From Azolla caroliniana (Eukaryota; Plantae; Polypodiophyta), in NCBI GenBank assembly GCA_043228905.1, contig JBHGNT010000011.1:16802001-16866000 (forward strand): a DNA stretch of 64,000 nt, read 5' to 3'. Position numbers and translations under genes: made by a program. The notes beneath the pieces were generated by a model. The model did not search any database, was not told the origin of the DNA, and was given only the letters and a program-made list of their open reading frames with translations. Positions 1 through 13,549 of this stretch are shown here, piece by piece (positions within the stretch are counted from its first letter, which is position 1; each line of letters starts with the position of its first letter).

Positions 1-681
1 TAAACAATAATTAGAACGCAAATGAACAGGTTTTCAGCCAGAAGAGTAAACATATTGATCTAAACATAGAGAAGGCATGTGGAACCTACTAGAAACCAAA
101 CCCTAGGACAGGGATAATATATTTAATTCAACAGTGAATAAAACTACGCAACCAAATTGAACAAACTACTCACAATAACATCTTATTAAGTGAAACAAAC
201 ACATTGAACTGTTAAGGAGAGCAGGATTAGTAAAAACACTCTTCAATAAACTTTGGTGGATGTGTTTAATTTTCATGTCAATAAATTGCAGGTTCCATGC
301 AATTCCTGTTTATTCTCTTACACAATTTGTAGCTTCAACTCTTCTACATATATCAAATAAGTCATCATGGTACCACCAGAAAACAGTTGAAGCAACCTGG
401 ATAAACAAGGCCGCACAAAGAGCTTTGTTCATTGATACAGGCAGATTAACCGACGCTTGAATGTTTTAAACAGAGATCCTAACACCTGCACAATTTACCA
501 TATTACGCCAACACTGGCATTCTCCCCCAATGCCATAACATTTACTATGTTCCAAATGATCCCCCTGTTGCCTCCAAACCACCAAAAGGATACGGTGTTT
601 CTTCCAAAACAAAGCATGACATTATACCTATCGATATTCCAGTACCACCATCTGGCATATCCAATTGGAATATTAACTTTC

Positions 682-3600
682 TCAGAAAGCATTTGCCCGT
701 CTATATCCACCTTGCGTATAGACATCTCTAGGAACAGGTGTGAGAGACTCAGTCAGACGAGAAAAAGGCACATCTCTAGGAGACGACTTGTATTTTCCAG
801 GTGACTCTAACCCAAGGCTAGGTCCAGGAGGCCGTGGCATCGGTGACCTCTGAATGGGGCGTCCTGATGATGAGGTATTAATAGTACTGGTTGTAGTGCT
901 GGTACCAGAAAATGATGCTGACCGAGAGAATACTTGTGCAAGCTCTGCAGCAGACGGTATTCCAACACGTACAGACCCTCCTCCGTCTACTCCAATTAGG
1001 CTACTTTGAGGCCCAATTTGTGGGCTAGAGATATCACTGGATCTCCTCCAGCTCTCTTGCTTATTTATATCTGCCCTTTCAGGCTCCCTTTTCTCTTGAG
1101 AATAACGAGAATCAGATCCTCTCCTGTCATCCCTTCTATCCACATCTATACGATCTTTCCTACCACGGTTCTCATTGCGTTCCAAGCGGCCACTATCATT
1201 TCTGCCCAATTGCTTCACATTCCCAAGCTCAGTTTGTTCTGATCGAATTCCTTCATACTTCTCCTCAAATTTATCTTGTTTTTCGCCATTATATTCAGTT
1301 CCACCACTTCGATTCTGTTCTGTGCGAGGTCCACTGCTGACAATGATAATTTAGGCACATCTTCCATAACTAACTGATAGCTTTTCTTAATAATTTAAAT
1401 CATTTCTTACCTCATTGATAATACTGGACTGAGAATAGGATCCACACCCACAATCACAGACTCATCAACACCTCGCTCCTTCAAAACCTGCAAGAAACAT
1501 AGCATATCATATATACAAAGAGCAAAGTTTACTGTAGCAGGCTGTAAAACTAAAACACATAAGAGAGAATTTGTACCAGCTCTCTAGGTCGAGCACCCCC
1601 AAAAACAGACATCCTATTTAGAAACAAACATACATACTTTAGATAGTGTCTCAAATCAAAACATAAGAATGTTTGTTAGTGTCATAAAGCTACAGATACC
1701 AAGCTCTGAATCATCACGTCTCAATACAGGCCCACATATTAGTTAAAGGTTATACTACTGGCAAACAGTTTTAAGAAATGTGCAAGCAAACAAAAATGAT
1801 ACAACTAAAATGAAATTCTTGCACTTAACATACCTTTCCTTCACAGAGCCACTAGCTGGCATAACATAGACAGGCTGGGAACGAGGTTTCAAGCTAAGTT
1901 TTGGTCTCTGAACACCTACAGCGGGTTGATCAGATTTTGCGCCTCCACCCTCAGGTAAAGCAGTAGTTGAAGACATGCTTGGAGGTGATATTCCAAAAGA
2001 TTGAACTAACTCGGTGTCTTCATATACCTTTTCCTGCTGGAAGAAAATATAGGTTATGTACAGAGCCAACTTTTTTCAATAAAAAAACTCTAAAATACCC
2101 TTGCTTTTTTCTTTATTTCCTGAAATGTTTCAACGTTTTTATTAATTGCACAAACGCCCTTCCTCAAGACCAGAAAGAGAGAAAATGAGATGAATCATCA
2201 TATCATTGCTTGAAAGGGAGTGGAGCAAGGGTATTCAGGATAATAACAGAAAGGCAAACAAATTAAAGAAACACTCAGTGGTATTTCAAAGTTTTTCAAC
2301 AGAACAAATGTTGGTATGCCAAACCTGTTGAGGTTCTTCATTAAAATCCACCTCAAGAGGCTTTGTTCGTGGCAATAGTTTCAATTTGGGCCTTTCAGGT
2401 GCTGAATTCTTCGATTCAAGTTCCAAAGTCATACTTGCAGACCCACTGGATATGCTCATCACAGTACAGCCATTTTCTTCAGGAGATTGTACCTTTACAG
2501 CCTGACCTTGCTCATGATCAGAAAAAACTGGTGCTCTACTCCTATCATTGCCTTGACTTGTCTTTGACACATCAGAAATTTCATGAGACAAATGCTCTCT
2601 ACCTTTGATATTCATAGACGAACCCTTCAAACTCTCTTGTTTGTTGTAGATCTGGTGGGTACCTTCAGAATGGGAACTGATACCAAAGCTGTTGCCAATA
2701 CCACTGCCATCCCTAATATTAAAACCTCGTCTCTCATAATCAAATGCAACATCTCTGTTTACATTCATGACCCTTGTATCCTCGTACTCTCTTCTTGGGG
2801 AAGGCTCCGGCCTCATTCTTCCAGAAGTCATCTGCGAACTACTCCTTGACTCAGCATACAGAGCAGGTTCATTACCAATAACTCGTGCAGAATCTCGATG
2901 CCCTCTCGTATCCCCCAGTTCATTGTAAGAAGTGCCCTCAATCCCTACGTACATAGCACTCTCTCTTTGAGCACCGTAACCCTTTCGACTGCTCTCATCA
3001 TACACGGAACTATGATCAATGTATTTTACAGATCCGGGAATGATGCCCCTCCCATCCACAGACCTGTCCATATCAAACCTTGAATCTCGAGATGGAGGTA
3101 TATCAATGCCCCTTCCAGATTCAAGATAAGCAGATCGAGAGAGTTCGTTCCTTGTGGTTTCATTATAAACTGCTTGATCACCAGCTGAATATCTTTCTCC
3201 ATCAAATTGTGTTTGACCATAATCACTTAATGAATGGAGCTCATTTGAAGGACTAAGAATACGGGAATTCCACCTACCAGAGGACACCTTCTCTAATGCA
3301 CTCGTTTGTGTACTAATTCTCGATCCAGGCGTCAGAACTCTCCCATCTCCACTGGATTCATTATATGCAGGTGGAGAAAATCTGTTGGATTCAACATTCC
3401 TAGCAGTCCAAACATTTTGTACACCTGTGCCAGAGCTCAACGATTGTTCCTGGCCACCATATGTAGAAGGAGATTGAGTTCTTTTCTGAACCTCCTCAAA
3501 TTGTGTCCTTGGAGGAGCTACAGGTGCCGAATTGATGCCTTCATTCGGATATCTATCAGCTTTTTGATCTGCTATGTACTTTGATGATGTGTAGCTTGAT

Positions 3601-4147
3601 CTATTTTCCAAATTGAACCTTTCAGAAGGCCTCTCAAATGGAAGTTGTTTGTGTTCATACATCATATCTTCAAAGGAGTCTACACCTTGACCTCGACGGT
3701 TGTGTCCTTCTACTGGCTTCCGTTCATCCTCATCATAATTTCTTCCAATGTTTGCAGGATTAGGAAAGTAAGAGACTCTTTCATCGACAGACCGACTAAA
3801 ATTCCCAGATGTCTGTCTTGAAAATCCAGCTCTCTCACCACCATACCCTCTATGCCAACCACCTGATCCAGGTCTATCATTTTTCCTCTCAACAACCCTG
3901 AAAAACATGAACTCCACTATAAGATATGCCATACTTGTTTTACTTCTAGGTTTCCAGCAATAATCAGGTTTAGAACTTTTTTTAAGTCATGTACAGTTAC
4001 ATAGTCGCATTGCATGGCAAAGTTTCCTTCAGAATGTAGAGAACAAAAGTCTTACATTCCAGGAGCAGAAGGAAGAGGTAAATCTGACGGTATGGAGCCA
4101 CCATGAAAATCTCTCAAGGTCATCGTAGAGGTCTTCTTCTTCGACAT
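682..4147 (-). CDS. Plant eIF4B3-like (At4g38710-type) translation initiation factor 4B family protein, 6 coding exons, ~870 aa
   Basis: Exon 1 (4147-4056) reads MSKKKTSTMTLRDFHGGSIPSDLPLPSAPG. Later exons carry ERPKLKLLPRTKP, QRPKLSLKPRSQP and SVFGGARPRELVLKERGVD, all motifs of this family. Approximate exons: 4147-4056, 3897-2325, ~2036-1834, 1613-1577, 1487-1411, ~1336-682, all GT-AG. A 5'-UTR exon probably lies at ~5590-5900 (GTAAG donor near 5589). Confidence 0.85.
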
Positions 4148-5666
4148 GATGATCTTGACTATGAAACAAATAATTGTCAGAAAACAGTCAGGAAGGCAAA
4201 CCAGCAAATATATTACAAATTGTTCTACACGGAGTCAGAGTACGTTGTTGAAAAGTAGCTACGTATCCTTGGCAAAGCAGAAATGATGTTGAGCTTCACG
4301 CCTGCAATAGTGACTTTAGGTTACATTCCAGAGCTAAAACAACTTACTTCGAATGTACATAAAATCAGTATTGGATTTAGCATAGGTTTAACTAACATAT
4401 TGCAATGAGCAGAGTGTTCAAGAAAAAACATAGGAATTGCAACTACTGGGGCAGAATGCACCATTTGTAGGGAAATGAGAAGTCAAGAAGGTCAAACTGG
4501 AAGAAAGAGTAATAATGCATTATAAGCTTCAAAAAAATGCGCAAAACTGGTGACGGTGAAGCCCAGAAGTGAAATAAGAAAGTCAAAATACTGTACAATT
4601 TCACGACATGTAAAAATGATACACGAGGGCAGTAAATACAAGGACGTTGTAATGCTACTCATGATATATGCAATAAATCATATGCAAAATTTGCATACAT
4701 AATAAGCACAAAACTGAAACAAAGAGATGCAAAGGCGCTTCAACAAATGAGCAATAAGCATACAAAAATATCAAAATGCTCATACACTTGTACGAATGTA
4801 CAAAACATGCAAATTTATGTGCGGTCAATATATGCAAAGTGTTTCATAAAACCAATGTTCAATAGACATACAAATGACACATGGGATTAGAGCAACACAA
4901 GCACATAGCTGAAATAAAGGATTAAAAAAACTTCACTAAGTTCAAAAAGAGTGCACTATGCAGTGCGATTAGTACTCAATAAAAACATATAACTGAAAAA
5001 ACTAATAATAAGTGAAAATGGTTTATGAGAAACATACAGCGAACGTAAACAAAACAAAGAGCGTTCCAAGGATCAATTTTTCAAAGAAATGATTATTTGT
5101 GATTCATTGTGCAAAACTAATCATTTTTATCAAAATAAATGACAATCAAATATGTAAACAGTGGGAGAATACGAAGAACCACAAGATGAAGCTGCATCTA
5201 GTGCATTCGACAACAGTGAGATAGACGTCATACCTGATATGAATCGCACCGTATCAAAATAAGAATGAAAACAAGGAAGCACGAGAATTAAAAACGCTGA
5301 AGGTCTATTGATTCCACGTAGAATTCCTGGTCAAATAGAAAAAACAGCCGCAAAAAATAAAACGTTAGATTTTGGAATGAAAAGTAAAAGAAAATCAAGT
5401 CCGATTTCAACAGTAGATGCAGGAAAAAAAGGCAAGATTCCGACAGTACACGACGAAGAAAACAGTTGAATCAATAGAAAGGAAAATGTTAGATTTAACC
5501 GGTAAAAGCAGACAAGAAAAACGCTCCCGGTTAGATAGCTACGTATTTCGAGGACAAGAGAGGAAAACGATAGAAAGGGGAAAGCTTACACCAGGAGTTG
5601 CAGGCAGGTTACAGTCGGGGGTAAGATTCTGAAGATGTTGAAGAAGTTGGAGAGGGATGTGGGGGA

Positions 5667-5857
5667 GAGAGTTCTCGTGGCGATGGCGATGGCGATGGCG
5701 ATGGCGATATCGATCTTTAAACCCTCAAAAACTCGAGGAGGTCGTGACAGGAGCGGGAAAGAGAGAGAGAGAGAGTTCTCGAGGAGATGGCGATGGCGAT
5801 GGCGATGGCGATCTTCAAACCCTAAAAACTCGAAGAGGTCGTGACAGGATGGGGCGG

Positions 5858-5890
<33 letters not shown>
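5667..5890. repeat. Duplicated ~100-bp unit with (GGCGAT)n hexamers and (AG)n tracts in the eIF4B3-like 5' region; telo-box AAACCCTA at ~5817
   Basis: gagagttctcg...(gcgatg)n...aaaccct.aaaaactcga.gaggtcgtgacagg occurs at ~5667-5750 and again at ~5770-5848, each followed by (GA)n. Confidence 0.8.
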
Positions 5891-5894
<4 letters not shown>

Positions 5895-6504
5895 CTAAAA
5901 GAGAAGAGAATCGTAGGGCAATCAAAACAATTAGAAACAATTACAGAAGTAGGCCCCCACGTTTTTACAATCTCCACACTTGTCCCCCCCCCCCAAATTA
6001 GGCCAATTTTGGCCTTAGAAGACATTAATATATCTTTCTTTCTTTCTCTAATCAAAGTATGTATGTATGTATGTATGTATGCATAGCTTATGTTGGCTGC
6101 CTCGAGACATCTCTCCGCCCACAAAACCCTAACCTATAAAAACTTGGCACACTTGTTTCTTTTTCTTTTTCTTTTTCTTTTTCCAAAAACCACTACTTCG
6201 CATTAGTTAGCAAATAGAATACAACAAAGTTTGTCCAAGACTTGGCACACTTGTTGCTTACTTACACCCCCACCCCTCGAAAGAGCGTGCGCGCATGAGT
6301 GTACATTTTTTAACTGCAAGGCCCGTATGCTTCTGGGTTTCTCTCCTTTTTTTCTTTCTTTCTTCTTGAAAATGGGGCCTTAACACACCCGAAACCGAAT
6401 GCTTGCCATATCGAAGCTCGTATTTTACCCTGTCCCGGGGACATGCCTTGGTGCTTTCGAAGGGCTCCCCACTCATGGTTAGACATTGTCGTCCCCAAAA
6501 ACTC

Positions 6505-6792
6505 TTTTCTCTGACTATTGTAGTAGATTAACCTTCCTGGTCTCATGCATGCAAGTGACATGTTGAGGCTTAATTTTCAGGTGATTAGGTTCCCATACTC
6601 TGACCAAGCATCGATAAGCATTCTTTGAATGCCTGATCCAACATTTTTTCCTCTTAACTATTGTAGTAGATTAAGCTTCCTAGTGTCACACATGCAACTA
6701 ACATGTCAAGGGTTAAAATTCACGTGATTAGGTTCCCATACTTTGACCAAGCATTGATAGGCATGCTTTGAAAGCCTCATCCGACATGCTTT
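6505..6792. repeat. Diverged tandem duplication, ~143-bp period
   Basis: ctattgtagtagatta...gtgattaggttcccatact.tgaccaagcat starts at 6515 and again at 6658. Confidence 0.85.
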
Positions 6793-9766
6793 TTCAAAAC
6801 TTATGCATGTAAAAAAAAGCACGCTCTAGTAATTTCCTCGGTAATATATCAACGTTGTAGCCCGATATTTTTATCAAGTTTATTTTATATGGATGTCTTT
6901 ATCATTGGGGGGAGGGTGCCACTAATATCATGCACATTCTCCATACCTTGCACAATACATAGATTAATTAATCCTTTTCTCTCATAAACATCGAAATGAC
7001 ATTGATGTGGTCCAAATGAGAATCAACATGTTGAGGTGTTTATATCCCACATACGAGGACATGTTGCGTCAATCGTTGATTGTGCCAATTGAAATACGCT
7101 CTTCTTTGTGTGTTGGCTAGATTGTGTAAGGCATTAATTGTTCTATTTAAAACATTGATCACGTCAACTAAAGCACTGATTGTGTAAATAGAAACGACGT
7201 TGATTATGCTCACCACAACATTGATTGCGATATTCAAGGCATTGATTATACATTCATTAGGTTGATCGTGGTTGTAAGGTGTTGATCGTGCTACTTATAA
7301 TCTCGATCATTGTAAAAACACAAATATATATCTCCTAGTTCTATCAAGGGCATTAAAGGGTTAGAGAATGACACGAAAGGAGAAGAAGCTCTCTATGTCT
7401 ATTTAAGTTGTCCTTAACTTGACATTGCAACAAAAACTCTAAATAAAACTTGAAGATTGTCCTAAAATCTAACATGTGATGATGGTAGCCATACACACAT
7501 GAACAAATAATTGAATCTAATATACTTCTTTAGAAGTATTATACCTTTCTTGAACAATCTATTTGGTCTACTCTATGTCAAATTGTATACTCGTACAAAT
7601 GTATTTGTTATGGTGTAAAATAACGTATAATGAATATATCAAGCTAAACACGACAATGTCTCGTGTTCTTATAACATTAAAAACAAACGACAAGATTGAC
7701 ATGTTCACCTTGTTTTCACAACTTTTGTGTAACTCCTTTGATTTAGGTTTTAGACATAACTCTTCAATTGAGGGTTGTCAAAATAATATATCATTTCTTT
7801 AAGAGCAATCACTGGTAAGCTAGATTGATGGTTGGACTTATAAGAAGATCAATGCCATTACAAAACTTCTTTTTACCATCGTCACTTAAGGCAAAAATAT
7901 ATTCCATATTTTAGGTGTTTCATTTCTTGAAGACCTTCCAACATGTTTCTAGATTTACTTAATAATTGAATTTGATAGCAAGTGGTCCATATGATTTGGG
8001 AGTTTCATCATACAACTACATAGTATAACCGAGTTCGCATAAGTTTTGAGATAGAGCGAACATAACTCCAAAGTAGTAGGCTTTGTTAAAACTCATCAAC
8101 TCATAGGTCAATCCTTATAAAAAGCAATGTGAATATGAACAAAGGTTTGAGTGAAGTATTAAGAATAAAGATTAGTTTGTTACACAAGCTCGCAACTTTC
8201 ATGCGCTTTTGAAAAGATTGGACTAGCGATAGTTAAACTTTTTGCAATAAAATGTCGTTGAGGAATAATAAATGTAAAGAGTATAACAAATACTATTATT
8301 CGAGGTATTAATCACACGAGAGACAAAATACCAAGTAACTTTATGGTTTCTTTGAATAGGTCGCATGTGGACTTTAGAAGTTTAGAGGTTAAGGTTCTTT
8401 GTGCAATGTGTTATTGATTCATAAGGAGTCATTACTGTTACGTGCTTGCATGTATATATATGTACTTTGTGTATCAGTGTTCCATAAATATTGCTGCAAT
8501 GATTTCAAAGTTCAAATAACTAGTAGTCTTATAAAAAACACGAGGAAAAAATTATGGTTGGTACATTATGGCATGCTATCTACACATACAAATGGTATAC
8601 CTTTATGATGTCATGACAAAAGATTGCAAAAATCGTTGCATATAATGTATACACTTTCTAAAGGTACCAAACTCCCATTCAACGTAGCTAAGACCAAAGT
8701 CATAGTGGTTTGTACTTTAGGATAAATAATTCAACAAGCAATGGCGTACCTTGGAGAGCATGTTATTGAATTTCAAATTCCTTGGATTTTAAAGTATAAT
8801 CCATAAAATTAGACCATGTGAAAAACCAACAATTGGGTATTTCATGCTACTACATGATTAACATATATAATTTAAGGTGTGAAATGTGGACTTCCACATC
8901 TTTCCCAAGCTATGATACCTTGGTGCTGCAAAAAGATCTCATCCAAGAATAGCCAAGTCATGCACCATGAAACAAGTGTAATGTGCCCCATCTTCCAAAC
9001 ATTTCGTTCACCATATAATGTGTCTTCAAAACTTAATGGATTGGGAAAAGAGTGATGGTAGTTCAAGTGACCAAGAGAGAAATGAGCATGATAGAGTTAG
9101 AGTTAGAGATGGTAGTTTGAAAGGGAGAAATAGTGTTGTGAGATCATGAAAGAGTTAGTTATGCTTTGAAACTCGTGAGACCTTATTCTATGCAAGTCCT
9201 GAATCTGCCCAACACTAACGAGGAGAGCTTTAGACATAATCAAACCCATCCCCATCAAATAAACGGATATTAGTTGTTTGCTAAAATAATTTAATGCTTT
9301 TACATTTCATAATATTTCTATTAAAAGCAGAAACCTCTTAAAATTGACTAAAGAAAACATTTTGTCATAAACCAGAAATCCTATCATAATATCCATTTCT
9401 CAATTATACAAGGTAATAATATTACATTATTCCCATGTAACAATTCTATACAGGTCCTCTGAATAGATGGAAAGGGTAAGAAAGAGCTTAACATGTTAAA
9501 GAGTATGACTTTGGTGTTTCTATACAGTAAATCTATGATTTGTGAATGTGTATATTGCCTCTGATTCAAGAGGAAGAATCCAATGGTAACCAGAATAGCC
9601 ATCTGCAGCCATATCCACAAATTATCATATCTATATTTGGGGTTATCCACGGTCTCAATGAGTAGGCATGCTTACTACTCACTAAAAATTTAATGTTCAA
9701 TGAACTTTGAATCCCATAGATGAACGTGATGAAGAAATCCACTGGACTCATATCACCTCTTTGCAC

Positions 9767-12700
9767 TTAAACCAAACAGCCTGTGCGGTTTGGAGGCCAA
9801 TACCGTAACACAGATCTTCCTAATATGTTCTTCACAGGTAAAGGTCCCCTAATATGGTAGCAAACATAAACCCATTAGTTCCAAGCATTATCAAATTACC
9901 ATATAATTAACAAGAACTATTATCACATTACCATATATGAGAATCATTGCTGTTGTTGCGGTTGTCACCCATGACAAACACACAACCTTTTGGAACGAGC
10001 TGCAACAGAAAAATATAGTTTAATCTTCTAATCAAGCCAAACCAATTCATGGGGTTGTTTTTTGGGGGAAAAAACATTATATTCCCACTTTTTGCATATT
10101 TTCACCATACCTTTCAGTTTTTAAAAAATAACCAAAATGAAAATATCACTCTGTTTTATAATATTACTGAAATATTCTGCAGTTTTGAATAGGCTTAATC
10201 CACACTTAGATGTATGTAGAAATCTAATCGTTTCATCGACACTAATTAGTTAACAATTAATAGCCAGATTATTAAATTTACCCCTAGTTAGGGATTAATA
10301 CGATGATTGTCATGAATTGATAAATTTACTAAAAAAATTAGCTGCTTCAGGCACTAGCACTATAAGCCATAGGTTTAACCACCAAGTGAGAGAACCAATA
10401 AACTCATAGAACACCACAAACAAGGTATCTATAACAAAGCATTTGTTCAAGATCTATTTGACACAGTCCCCATTTTTCAGTTTCCCTTCCATTGCCTCCT
10501 TACCTTTCACAGTCCCTATTCCCTTTCCTTGTTTACGTTCCCTCTCATGGTAACTATGAATTACCATTTTTCGTCTTGTCCCCCCGGTGACTAAGCAACA
10601 TAAATCTGTTCTATTTAAGTGCCTGAGATGTAGAAAGAACACACAATAGCACTCATTTTATAACTTGCTGGCTCTGCAATGAACTGTTCTTCCCTCACAA
10701 TACCGTTTACAACCAGCTTCCCGTTCTTTACCTGAAAGACAAAAAAACACAAAAACATACAGGTACAATCAAAACTAAATAATCCTAAGACATTGCAGCA
10801 TTTCACAATTAGGGAAAAAAGCTCATGTGAAAATTACTAAATGCTACATGGGTCATTCACAAACTTGTTGGCAATCTCAGATGGCTATGACTACATTTTT
10901 ACAGACCAAATAGATTCTCGGATTAAATATTAAGAACATGATTATAGCACAACCAATAGATAAGGCCTTCCAATACTAACACAAACCAAGAATCCATAAA
11001 ATTGGAACATGTCTTCATACCATCGTTAGCTCCTAAAAGTATTACTCTGTAGTATCTTTGAAATAAATATGTGTTGAGATGAGATATTTAACTTCCACTT
11101 CCTACAGGTATTATTTTAATGTCCTCTTGATTATCTCTATGGGACAAATATGGTATTATTGGACAGTTCACAAGGACTGAAGGATAATTCATGGAAACAG
11201 ACATTATGGGAAGTATAACAAGCTATATCCTCCTTAAAATGATTTGCCTTGGACGTATGTGAAAGATTTGAACATCAAAACAAGAATATTTTGAAAAAAT
11301 CAGAGATATTGTGGCCAAGACATCTAATGGGAAGTTGAAGGTTCAAATATCCAATTACATAATTCTCTTCACCCAAATAATGTATAAGGCAGCTGTAGAT
11401 CACTTGTAGAGAATACTTCACATTCTGGCAGGTAGCTAACTCCTGCCTAGATATGAAGCAGAAATTAATATTATCAAATAAGGAGATCAAAATAAAGATA
11501 GAAGATTCCTATCATCATTAGGCAACGCAGCTGTTGCATAAATAAACTGTTTGTGTTTCAAACAACAGTAAAAGCAGACACTTACAAAACCTTAAACTGG
11601 AATTTTGCCATGAATAAGATTCTGACATTACCTCTACATAGTCATTGGCCATAGCAACAATTCGTTTCACAAAAACAGCTTCAAATCTACCTCCATCTTT
11701 CTGCAATCAATTACATATTCCAGTTTGTGCAAATCATCCATTACACACACTTACATAGGCCTTACATCTCCTCATTAAAATGCATGAAAACGAGAACTAA
11801 AACACACCTATCTATCTTATTTATAAAAGGGAAGCCAGTTGTGCTCAGGAAGACATGACAAAGTATGCTACCTGTAACACTGGAACTTTGAAAATCACAA
11901 TGTCATTCACATGAGGCTGTTTGAAATAATAAGACACCTGTTTAAGCACACGATTTTTTTGTCAGTTAGGCAAGATCCTATCAGACAATTATGTTCCCTA
12001 ACAATTTGACAACTTTCACCTTTTCAGCAATGATGCGATCACCGACTTCTAAGGTGGGATACATAGAACGTGTAGAAATGAGCCGGGGCTCGGCAACAAA
12101 CCATCTAAACATAAGGGATACCAGGGAAACTGAAAATGGAGGTTTTTCCTGCCCATGAGGAGCCTTGAAAGTGGAATGTTCCTTGACCAATTCTAGCAGG
12201 TCATTTCTATCCTTATCTAATTCTTGCCATTTAATGTTTCTCTCTTTATGCTGTATACCGTTTCTCTTCTCAGGAAATCCTTGCCAATTATCATTTCTCT
12301 CCTTATACAATCCTTGCAAAATATCATCCCTTTTCATGTGTAATACTTGCATATTGTGTCTATCTTTATGCGACTCTTGCATTTTATCTCTATTCTTAGG
12401 CAAACCTTGCAAGATATTACATTTATCCTTATGCAAGCCTTGCATATCACCTCTCCTGTTTGCCAATCCTGGCTTGTCATCTATCTCCTTCAGCATATAA
12501 ATTCTCTTCTTAGCCAATCCTTGTATATCGTCTCTCTTCTTTGGCACCGGTGCAAAATGCGTGTCATGAACATCGCCATCCATGAGGTGATCTCCAAGGA
12601 ACGTATCAGCATGAGATACAGATAAGACCTGAGGGCTACTCATGATGTCTTCATCAGACAATCTACTAGTCTTCTCAAAAGCATTGAAAGCAGAACCAAA

Positions 12701-13198
12701 GAATTCATTGCAAGGGAGCCATCTCATACCTTGAAACAGAGAAATGTTAAAAAATCCGCACATGCCATGATGCATATGGCTTCCAAATCCACCTCCACAG
12801 TAAGAACCTCCATAGAACCTCCGACCAGAAGAGTACAAAGAAGGACATTGTCTCTGTTGTTGATAGAACTGCCATACCTGATGATGATGGTTGTGGAAGA
12901 AATAGGGTCCTCTGCTCTGAAAAAGAAGCGGTCTTGTAGCAGAGAAGAAACTCGTCTGATTCGAGTGAGGGGAGGATGAAGAGGTGTTTTTGGGTTCCTT
13001 TTTCTGAGACTTCATCATCATCGTGATCTTCTTCTTCTTCTTCTTCTTTTTGTGCATGCTCTTCATCGTGAGGGGTTGCCATGGTGGGAGTGTTCTGTTC
13101 GTGAGGGTGGGAGGATCAATGGATCCTCGAAGCTCTGGGGCGAGGATCCGACGAATGCAGAAGCTGTGGAAAGCACAGGAGAGGTAGGAGGAAGCCAT
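9767..13198 (-). CDS. Thylakoidal processing peptidase (signal peptidase I, S26; TPP/Plsp2-like), 6 exons
   Basis: Motifs: RWLPCNEFF; [30 protein letters not shown] (catalytic Ser); DIVIFK; FVKRIVA (catalytic Lys); [36 protein letters not shown]. Approximate exons: 13198-12021, 11937-11872, 11701-11632, 10731-10645, ~10000-9931, 9849-9767 (TAA). Confidence 0.92.
12183..12545 (-). repeat. Degenerate in-frame 30-33 bp coding repeats (~10-11 copies) in exon 1 of the peptidase
   Basis: Units: [94 protein letters not shown]. Confidence 0.85.
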
Positions 13199-13201
13199 CG
13201 C

Positions 13202-13237
<36 letters not shown>

Positions 13238-13549
13238 CTCTGGCTCTCTGTCTCTGTGCGAAATCCTAAAACCCTCACAAAAACCTGACACCATCAAGAA
13301 TTTTGATTGTTGTGAAATGGGGCATCATTATTATGTTTCCATTTTGCTTTTGCTTTTGATTTTGCCTTGAATGAGGGAGATGTGAGGGGGTATGTATTTG
13401 TAATTTCCAGAAAACGGAGGAGGGCATTTAGGTGAATAAATTTTTTGCTCTGTTTCTCCCCCCTTTTTTCTGCATATACATAATTTGTTAAAACATGATA
13501 ATGATGATGATGATGATGTCCTTTGGCTACCTGCTATAGCAAATTGGCT
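13199..13549. promoter_or_regulatory. Probable bidirectional promoter / 5'-UTRs between divergent peptidase and TRX z genes
   Basis: The divergent ATGs are at 13198 (-) and 13550 (+), only ~350 bp apart. The interval contains (AG)n and (GAT)n tracts. Confidence 0.6.

Noticed and set aside
5635-6124. ORFs with MAMAMA, WRWRWR and ERERER runs
   Set aside because: Translations of hexamer and (AG)n microsatellites in a UTR/promoter region.
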